24,000 nucleotides of DNA from an uncultured Pelotomaculum sp. (GTDB lineage Bacteria; Bacillota; Desulfotomaculia; Desulfotomaculales; Pelotomaculaceae), in the NCBI GenBank assembly GCA_964557545.1, contig CAZLAK010000004.1, forward strand, positions 29,088 through 53,087, written 5' to 3'. Both the position numbers and the translations under genes were made by a program. The notes beneath the pieces are model-generated. The model had not been told where the DNA came from. It saw only the letters and a list, made by a program, of their open reading frames with translations, and made no database searches. Position 1 is the stretch's first letter. Every line of letters starts with the position of its first letter. Below, piece by piece: positions 17,486-24,000 of this stretch.

Positions 17486-18619
17486 ATGAAGGCCTCTTAC
17501 CCCGTATGGGCGGAAGTGGACCTGGCGGCAGTGGCCCATAATGTCAGGGAAATCAGGCGTATAACGGACTCTAGGGCGGCGGTGATGGCCGTAGTAAAGG
17601 CCAACGCATACGGCCACGGGGCAGCGGCCGTATCCAGGACGGCACTGGCCAACGGGGCCCGCTGGCTGGGTGTGGCCAGGGTATCCGAAGGGGCCGAGCT
17701 AAGGGCGGCGGGTATTGACGCCCCCGTGCTGGTCCTGGGTTACACGCCGCCGGACGCCGTAGCCGCAGCGCTGCGCCTAAACCTGTCCCTGACCGTGTAC
17801 AGTCTGGATACAGCTGTGATTGCCGCCGGAGTGGCTTCCTCTTTGGGGAAAAGAGCTCGCCTGCACTTTAAAGTGGACACCGGTATGGGCCGCCTGGGCT
17901 GGCTGCCCGGAAAAAAGGCAGTGCAGGAGATCTTAAAGGCAGCCAGCCTGCCGGGTGTAGAGGCGGAAGGGATCTTCACCCACTTTGCCGCCGCCGACGC
18001 CGCGGACAAAACATACACCTTGCTCCAGCTGGAGAAATTTTTGGACCTGATCCGGGATCTGGAGAAAGCCGGCCTTAATTTTCCCCTGCGCCACGCCGCC
18101 AACAGCGCGGCTATTATGGAAGTGCCGGATTCCCACCTGGACATGGTGCGGGCCGGCATTGCCGTCTACGGCCTTTACCCCTCGGACGAGGTCGACCGCT
18201 CGAAACTGCGCCTAAAGCCGGCGCTGAGCTTAAAGGCCCAGGTGGCCCACGTAAAAGAAGTGCCCGCCGGCTTTGCGGTGAGCTACGGCTGCACTTACAA
18301 AACACCCCGCCCCACGGTCATTGCCACGCTGCCGCTCGGTTATGCCGACGGTTATTCCCGCCGCCTCTCCTCCGTAGGGGAGGTGCTCTTGGGAGGCCAA
18401 AGGGTGCCGGTGATCGGGAGGGTCTGTATGGACCAGATCATGGTGGATGCCGGCAGCGTCCCAGGAGTGAGCCCCGGCGATGAAGCGGTGTTAATCGGCC
18501 GGCAGGGAGATGAAGAAATAAGCGCCGATGAGATAGCCCGTTGGATCGGCACTATTAACTACGAAGTCACCTGCGCGGTGAGCGGCCGCGTGCCCCGGGT
18601 GTACACTGCTATTGAGTAA
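17486..18619 (+). CDS. alr: alanine racemase
   Basis: [17 protein letters not shown]...[12 protein letters not shown]...[11 protein letters not shown]...GYADGYSR...VCMDQIMVD motifs. Confidence 0.96.
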   Translation: MKASYPVWAEVDLAAVAHNVREIRRITDSRAAVMAVVKANAYGHGAAAVSRTALANGARWLGVARVSEGAELRAAGIDAPVLVLGYTPPDAVAAALRLNLSLTVYSLDTAVIAAGVASSLGKRARLHFKVDTGMGRLGWLPGKKAVQEILKAASLPGVEAEGIFTHFAAADAADKTYTLLQLEKFLDLIRDLEKAGLNFPLRHAANSAAIMEVPDSHLDMVRAGIAVYGLYPSDEVDRSKLRLKPALSLKAQVAHVKEVPAGFAVSYGCTYKTPRPTVIATLPLGYADGYSRRLSSVGEVLLGGQRVPVIGRVCMDQIMVDAGSVPGVSPGDEAVLIGRQGDEEISADEIARWIGTINYEVTCAVSGRVPRVYTAIE

Positions 18620-18633
18620 AGGAGCAAAATCTT

Positions 18634-18663
18634 ATTGTATTTTTATGCAACTGCTTGTATAAT
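18634..18663 (+). promoter_or_regulatory. argC promoter with overlapping ARG box
   Basis: -35 TTGTAT (18635-18640), 17-nt spacer, perfect TATAAT (18658-18663); ATTGTATTTTTATGCAAC (18634-18651) matches WNTGNATWWWWATNCANW except the last base. Confidence 0.75.
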
Positions 18664-18762
18664 TATAAAAACTGGCACCATAAGGAATATTTTTGCCGCG
18701 CGTTTTCTTTTCTTTTTTTGTTTTTATGTCATTTTTATATACTTTTATGGAAGTGAGCGAGG

Positions 18763-19812
18763 ATGAAAAAAGTGAAGGTAAGCATTATCGGGGCAACCGG
18801 TTACACCGGGGCAGAGCTGGTGAGGATCCTTTCCCGCCACCCCGGTGCAGAACTGGTACGGCTCACCACCCAATCCTACGTTGGCCAGCCCATGTGGGAG
18901 GTTTACCCCCACCTTTACGCTTTTTGCGACAAGGTGGGCGAAAAACTGAACCTGCCGGCGCTCATCGAGGACTCGGATGTTATCTTTATTGCCCTGCCTC
19001 ACGGGCACTCCGTGCCGGTGGCCAAAGAAGCCGTGCAGGGGGGCAAAAAGGTCGTAGACTTGGGTGCTGACTTCCGCTTAAAGGACCGCCGGACTTACGA
19101 GACGTGGTACAAGCTGGAACACACGGCTGAAGAGCTCCTTGAAAGGGCCGTTTACGGCCTGCCGGAGCTGTACCGGGAGGAAATTGCCGGGGCTTCGCTG
19201 GTGGCCAACCCGGGGTGCTACCCGACGGGGGCAGTGCTGGGGCTGGCGCCGCTTTTAAAAAACGGTCTGATCGACCCGGATACTGTTATTATCGACGCCA
19301 AGTCGGGCGTCTCAGGGGCGGGGCGCGCCTTGTCCCTGGGTTCGCACTTTTGTGAAGTGAACGAAAACTTTAAAGCCTACGGGGTGGCCTCCCACCGGCA
19401 CACGCCGGAAATAGAGCAGGAGCTTTCGTTTCTTGCCGGCCGCAGAATAACGGTATCCTTCACCCCCCATCTCCTGCCCGTTACCCGGGGGATTTTGAGC
19501 ACCATCTACGCCAGCCTGGCTGAACCGTCCGTAACCTGCGGCGGTCTTGTGGAGCTCTACCGCTCCTTTTACGCCGGGCACCCGTTTGTGCGCGTGCTGC
19601 CGGAAGGGCTTTTGCCCCAGATCAAGTGGGTGGCCGGCACCAACACGTGCGATATCGGCTTTGCCCTGGACGGCAGAACCGGGCGGGTGATCGTGGTGAC
19701 GGCTATAGACAACCTCGTCAAAGGGGCTTCCGGCCAGGCCGTGCAGAACATGAACATTATGTGCGGTTTTCCCGAAGATACTGCCCTGTCCGGCCCGTCA
19801 CTCTATCCTTAA
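18763..19812 (+). CDS. argC: N-acetyl-gamma-glutamyl-phosphate reductase
   Basis: VSIIGATGYTGAELVRIL...DLGADFRL...NPGCYPTGA...KSGVSGAGR...HRHTPEIEQEL...FTPHLLPVTRGI motifs. Confidence 0.97.
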   Translation: MKKVKVSIIGATGYTGAELVRILSRHPGAELVRLTTQSYVGQPMWEVYPHLYAFCDKVGEKLNLPALIEDSDVIFIALPHGHSVPVAKEAVQGGKKVVDLGADFRLKDRRTYETWYKLEHTAEELLERAVYGLPELYREEIAGASLVANPGCYPTGAVLGLAPLLKNGLIDPDTVIIDAKSGVSGAGRALSLGSHFCEVNENFKAYGVASHRHTPEIEQELSFLAGRRITVSFTPHLLPVTRGILSTIYASLAEPSVTCGGLVELYRSFYAGHPFVRVLPEGLLPQIKWVAGTNTCDIGFALDGRTGRVIVVTAIDNLVKGASGQAVQNMNIMCGFPEDTALSGPSLYP

Positions 19813-19832
19813 AAACAGGGGGTGCACTCAGC

Positions 19833-21041
19833 TTGGAACAAGCTTTTATTGACGGCGGCGTGACGGCGCCCGAAGGTTTTCTGGCCGGCGCGGCCTGTGC
19901 CGCCATTAAAAGAAAAGACAAAGAAGACGTGGCCGTTTTGTACTCTTTGGTTCCAGCCGCAGCCGCCGGGGTTTTTACGGCCAACCGGGTAAAGGCGGCG
20001 CCTGTGCTCCTTTGCATGGAGCGCCTGGCAGGCGGCCGGGCGCAGGCGGTAGTGGCTAACAGCGGCAACGCCAACGCCTGCAACGGCGAAGGGGGGCTGA
20101 GCGATGCCCGGGCTGTGACGGCGGCCGCCGCCGGCGTGCTCGGCATTCCCGAGGAGTACGTTTTGGCGGCCTCCACGGGGGTGATCGGCAGGAGGCTTCC
20201 CCTGGACAGGGTGCTTCCCGCCGTGCGGCAAGCATCGGCCAGCCTTGCGCGCGAGGGCGGCGCCCGGGCGGCAGAAGCCATTATGACCACCGACACCTTC
20301 AGAAAAGAAGCGGCCCTCTCCTTTACGTGCGGCGGCCGGCGGGTCACCATCGGAGGGATGGCCAAGGGCTCGGGGATGATCCACCCCAACCTGGCCACCA
20401 TGCTCTGCTTTTTGACCACCGACGCGGCTGTTACGCCGGCCTGCCTGCGCCAGGCTTTGAAGAGCGCTGTTGACATGACGTTCAACATGATCACCGTGGA
20501 CGGCGACACCAGCACCAACGATATGGCCGTTGTCCTGGCCAACGGTCTGGCGGGCAACGAGGAGATCTGCGCGCCGGGTGAGGATTACCGTATTTTTGTG
20601 GAAGCTCTGACCGCAGTCTGTAAAAAGCTGGCCGTAGACATTGCCCGTGACGGCGAAGGGGCGACAAAACTCATTGAAGTTACCGTGCGCGGCGCGGCTA
20701 CCGAAGAAGACGCGCGGCTGGCGGCGCGGGCAGTGGCCGCTTCCAACTTGGTGAAGGCGGCCGTTTTCGGGCGAGACGCCAACTGGGGCCGCATTCTCTG
20801 CGCTGCCGGCTACTCGGGAGCATCTTTTGATCCGGGCCTGGTGGACGTATTTTTAGGCGGGCTGCAGGTGGCCGCCGGCGGCTCCGGCCTTGATTTCGAC
20901 GAGGAAAAGGCCAAAGAAATCTTGGGCGGGGAGAAGGTAGAGATTGTTTTGGACTTTAAAGAGGGCAGCTGCAACGCCACCGCCTGGGGCTGCGACCTCT
21001 CGTACGATTATGTGAAGATCAACGCCGATTACCGCACTTAG
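19833..21041 (+). CDS. argJ: bifunctional glutamate N-acetyltransferase/amino-acid acetyltransferase
   Basis: [12 protein letters not shown]...[11 protein letters not shown]...IMTTDTF...[25 protein letters not shown]...[10 protein letters not shown] motifs; TTG start 19833, the track ORF from 19626 overlaps argC unrealistically. Confidence 0.95.
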   Translation: MEQAFIDGGVTAPEGFLAGAACAAIKRKDKEDVAVLYSLVPAAAAGVFTANRVKAAPVLLCMERLAGGRAQAVVANSGNANACNGEGGLSDARAVTAAAAGVLGIPEEYVLAASTGVIGRRLPLDRVLPAVRQASASLAREGGARAAEAIMTTDTFRKEAALSFTCGGRRVTIGGMAKGSGMIHPNLATMLCFLTTDAAVTPACLRQALKSAVDMTFNMITVDGDTSTNDMAVVLANGLAGNEEICAPGEDYRIFVEALTAVCKKLAVDIARDGEGATKLIEVTVRGAATEEDARLAARAVAASNLVKAAVFGRDANWGRILCAAGYSGASFDPGLVDVFLGGLQVAAGGSGLDFDEEKAKEILGGEKVEIVLDFKEGSCNATAWGCDLSYDYVKINADYRT

Positions 21042-21057
21042 AAGGCTTAGGGGGGTT

Positions 21058-21948
21058 TTGGACTTGCAATCTGCCCTGGAAAAGGCAGCCGTGCTGGTGG
21101 AAGCGCTGCCCTACATCAAAAAGTTTTACGGGCGGACAGTGGTTGTAAAGTACGGCGGCCACGCCATGCTCAATGAAGAGCTGAAAGAAGCCGTGCTCAC
21201 CGATGCCGTGCTCATGAAGTACGTGGGCATGCACCCGGTAATTGTTCACGGCGGGGGGCCGGAAATAAGCAAAATGCTCGGGCGCCTGGGGGTGGAGTCG
21301 CGCTTTGTGGGGGGGCTCAGGGTCACAGACGAGGAAACCATGGAAGTGGTGGAGATGGTGCTGGCCGGCAAGATCAACAAGGAAATCGTCGCCCGCCTAA
21401 ACCGCATCGGCGGCCGGGCAGTGGGTCTTTGCGGCAAAGATGCCGATCTCTTTTTGGCGGTAAAGAAGTACCGGCGGGTAAAAGGGGCAAGCGGCGAGGA
21501 AACAGTGGACATCGGCCTGGTCGGTGAGATTGCCGAAGTGAACCCCGGTATTGTGCAGACCGTCATCGCCCAGGGCTACATTCCCGTGGTGGCGCCCGTA
21601 GCCGCCGGGTACGGCGGGGAAAGCTACAACATTAACGCCGATTACGCTGCCGGCCGCCTGGCCGCCGCGCTGGGCGCCGACAAGCTGATCATCCTCACCG
21701 ACGTCGAGGGCATTCTGGCCGACCGCCGGGACCCTTCTTCTCTTATCTCCGTGCTCAAGGCGGCAGATGTGCCGCGCCTCATCGAAGAGGGTAAGATCGA
21801 CGGCGGCATGATCCCCAAGGTGGAGTGCTGCCTGGACGCTCTGGCCGGGGGGGTGCGGACCACGCACATCATCGACGGCCGGGTGCCGCACTGCATCCTC
21901 TTAGAAGTGTTCACCGACCGGGGCATCGGCACCATGGTGGAAAAGTAG
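21058..21948 (+). CDS. argB: acetylglutamate kinase
   Basis: [10 protein letters not shown]...[14 protein letters not shown]...[29 protein letters not shown]...LTDVEGIL motifs; TTG start after GGGGGG. Confidence 0.96.
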   Translation: MDLQSALEKAAVLVEALPYIKKFYGRTVVVKYGGHAMLNEELKEAVLTDAVLMKYVGMHPVIVHGGGPEISKMLGRLGVESRFVGGLRVTDEETMEVVEMVLAGKINKEIVARLNRIGGRAVGLCGKDADLFLAVKKYRRVKGASGEETVDIGLVGEIAEVNPGIVQTVIAQGYIPVVAPVAAGYGGESYNINADYAAGRLAAALGADKLIILTDVEGILADRRDPSSLISVLKAADVPRLIEEGKIDGGMIPKVECCLDALAGGVRTTHIIDGRVPHCILLEVFTDRGIGTMVEK

Positions 21949-21974
21949 TGATTTTCTAAAGGGGGTCGTTTTTT

Positions 21975-23174
21975 TTGACAACCCGTGAAATAATCGAGCT
22001 GGGTGATGTATACCTAATGAAAAATTACGCCCGCCTCCCGCTTGTGCCCGTGCGGGGGCAGGGGGTACGCCTTTGGGATGCCGACGGCAAGGAGTACCTG
22101 GACTTTGTGGCCGGTGTGGCCGTCAACTCTTTGGGGCACTGCCACCCGGCAGTAGTGAGGGCGGTGACGGAACAGGCTAAAAAGCTTATCCACTGCTCCA
22201 ACCTGTACTATATAGAGCAGCAGGTTAAGCTGGCCCGGCTGCTGGTGGAAAACACGCCTTTGGACAGGGCTTTTTTCTGCAACAGCGGGGCCGAGGCCAA
22301 CGAGGCGGCCATCAAGCTGGCCCGCAAGTACGCCAAGTTGAAGCACGGGTCGCATAAGACGGTGATCATCACCGCCGAAAATTCCTTCCACGGGCGCACC
22401 CTGGCCACCATCACCGCCACCGGCCAGCCCAAGTACCAAAAAGGGTTTGAGCCGCTCGTGCCCGGCTTTGTGCACGTTCCCTTCAACGACTTAGACGCCC
22501 TGGAGGCGGCCATGGGGCCGCAAGTATGCGCCGTAATGCTAGAGCCGGTGCAGGGCGAAGGCGGGGTCAACGTGGCCTCCCGCTACTATTTAGAAGGGGC
22601 CAAAATGCTCTGCCAGCAGCACGGAGCGCTTCTCATCTTCGATGAAGTGCAGACCGGCTTAGGCCGCACCGGGCGCTTTTTGGCCTGCCAGCACTTTGGG
22701 GTAGAGCCGGACATCCTTACCCTGGCCAAAGCGCTGGGGGGCGGTGTGCCCATCGGGGCCATGCTGGCCAAAGAGGAAGCGGCCGCTGCTTTTTCTCCCG
22801 GCGACCACGCCTCCACCTTTGGCGGCAACCCCCTAGCCTGTGCCGCCGCCCTGGCCGCCTTAGAGGAGCTTTTATACGGCGGGGTGATAGAAAACGCCGC
22901 CGCCGTAGGGGCTTACCTGTACGACCGCCTTGGGGAGCTGGCCCAAAAGCACCGCATCATTACCGGCGTGCGCGGGCTGGGCCTTTTGCTCGGCGCCGAA
23001 CTGGCCGTGGACGGAGGTCCAATAGTCGACGCCTGCCGGGAAAAGGGCCTTCTCATCAACTGCGTGGGCGGTCGCGTGCTGCGCTTTGCCCCGCCGCTCA
23101 TCATTACCCGCGCTGACGTTGACCGGGCTGTGGCCGCGCTGGACGGGGTGCTGTCCGCAGTACAGCCAGCTTGA
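21975..23174 (+). CDS. argD: acetylornithine aminotransferase
   Basis: GVAVNSLGHCHPAVVRAV...FCNSGAEANEAAIKLARKY...ENSFHGRTLATI...EPVQGEGGVN...LIFDEVQTGLGRTG...LAKALGGGVPIGAM...HASTFGGNPLACAAA motifs; TTG start. Confidence 0.95.
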   Translation: MTTREIIELGDVYLMKNYARLPLVPVRGQGVRLWDADGKEYLDFVAGVAVNSLGHCHPAVVRAVTEQAKKLIHCSNLYYIEQQVKLARLLVENTPLDRAFFCNSGAEANEAAIKLARKYAKLKHGSHKTVIITAENSFHGRTLATITATGQPKYQKGFEPLVPGFVHVPFNDLDALEAAMGPQVCAVMLEPVQGEGGVNVASRYYLEGAKMLCQQHGALLIFDEVQTGLGRTGRFLACQHFGVEPDILTLAKALGGGVPIGAMLAKEEAAAAFSPGDHASTFGGNPLACAAALAALEELLYGGVIENAAAVGAYLYDRLGELAQKHRIITGVRGLGLLLGAELAVDGGPIVDACREKGLLINCVGGRVLRFAPPLIITRADVDRAVAALDGVLSAVQPA

Positions 23175-23247
23175 TTTTTAAACGTGCACCTGCAAAAAAG
23201 GTACAGCTCAGCATTTATTTCCTTAAACTAAAGGAAGTGATTTAACC

Positions 23248-24000
23248 TTGACTGGCAAAAGAGTAAACACCGACATTAATATAAAAGGGCGCCATTTTTT
23301 AAGCTTGCACGACTTTACTCCCGGGGAAATCATGGCCATTTTAGAGCTGTCCCGCGACCTCAAAGAAAAACAAAAGCGCGGCGAAGAACACCGCTACTTA
23401 AAGGGTAAAACCCTGGCCATGATCTTCCAAAAAGCCTCCACCCGCACGCGGGTCTCTTTCGAGGTGGCCATGTACCAACTGGGTGGCTACGCCCTTTACT
23501 TAAACGCCGCCGACTTACAGCTGGGGCGGGGAGAGACGATTGCCGACACCGCCCGGGTGCTCTCCCGCTACGTGGACGGCATTATGATCCGCACGTACAG
23601 CCACGCCGAGGTGGAAGAACTGGCCCGCTATGCCGGCGTGCCGGTGATCAACGGTTTGACCGACCTCCTGCACCCCTGCCAGGTGCTGGCCGACCTTTTG
23701 ACCGTGCTGGAGAAAAAAGGCCGGCTGGCGGGTTTAAAGCTGGCCTACGTGGGGGACGGCAACAACGTCTGCCACTCGCTGCTCTTCGGATGCGCCAAGA
23801 CGGGCGTAAACATCAGTGTGGCCTCCCCCGAGGGCTTTGGGCCGAAGGAGGAGATTGTGAGCGCGGCGCGCCGGGACGCCGTCGCTACCGGCAGCCGCAT
23901 TGAGATCGTCACCGACCCGGCCAAAGCCGTGGAGGGAGCCGACGTGGTGGTGACGGATGTCTGGACCAGCATGGGCCAGGAAAAAGACCGGGAGAAGAGG
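23248..24000 (+). CDS. argF: ornithine carbamoyltransferase (truncated by window end)
   Basis: GRHFLSLHDFTPGEI...MIFQKASTRTRVSFEVAMYQLGG...LQLGRGETIADTARVLSRYVDGIMIRTY...LTDLLHPCQVLADLLT...VGDGNNVCHSLL; open reading frame to the window edge, absent from the ORF track. Confidence 0.95.
   Translation, partial: MTGKRVNTDINIKGRHFLSLHDFTPGEIMAILELSRDLKEKQKRGEEHRYLKGKTLAMIFQKASTRTRVSFEVAMYQLGGYALYLNAADLQLGRGETIADTARVLSRYVDGIMIRTYSHAEVEELARYAGVPVINGLTDLLHPCQVLADLLTVLEKKGRLAGLKLAYVGDGNNVCHSLLFGCAKTGVNISVASPEGFGPKEEIVSAARRDAVATGSRIEIVTDPAKAVEGADVVVTDVWTSMGQEKDREKR

Noticed and set aside
19757-20557. 266-aa minus-strand ORF opposite argJ
   Set aside because: Antisense shadow of conserved argJ motifs.
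1-24000. CRISPR arrays, tRNA/rRNA genes, transposases, phage genes, toxin-antitoxin pairs
   Set aside because: No regularly spaced repeats, cloverleaf-like signals, terminal inverted repeats or mobile-element proteins were recognised by reading; a tRNAscan/Infernal run would be the decisive check.

Overview
This 24 kb window looks like chromosomal DNA from a thermophilic-clostridia/Peptococcaceae-type Firmicute; that lineage guess is inference from gene order and style. Nearly all real genes are on the + strand. Order: (1) promoter, TPP riboswitch and thiS-thiG-thiH-thiE-thiC; (2) a macro-domain (ADP-ribose-binding) gene whose Shine-Dalgarno lies inside a perfect 11-bp stem; (3) an arsenic/metalloid block: ACR3 arsenite efflux permease, CPxC mini-thioredoxin, ArsP/YraQ-type permease, ArsR regulator, and a small thioredoxin-like gene broken by a frameshift at an A7 tract; (4) a selenium block: selD with an in-frame UGA (Sec) codon that the supplied ORF track misses, then a YedE-type putative selenium transporter and a TusA/YedF-like protein; (5) an MBL-fold hydrolase, a LytS/LytTR-type two-component system, acpS, nnrD/E and alr; (6) an argC-argJ-argB-argD-argF cluster, cut off by the window end, with a near-consensus ARG box over the argC -35 element. 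The strongest hidden signals are the Sec-recoded selD with a candidate bacterial SECIS hairpin, the frameshifted gene next to it, the SD-sequestering hairpin before the macro-domain gene, and structured leaders before selD and lytS. No CRISPR array, rRNA, tRNA, transposon or phage module was recognised.
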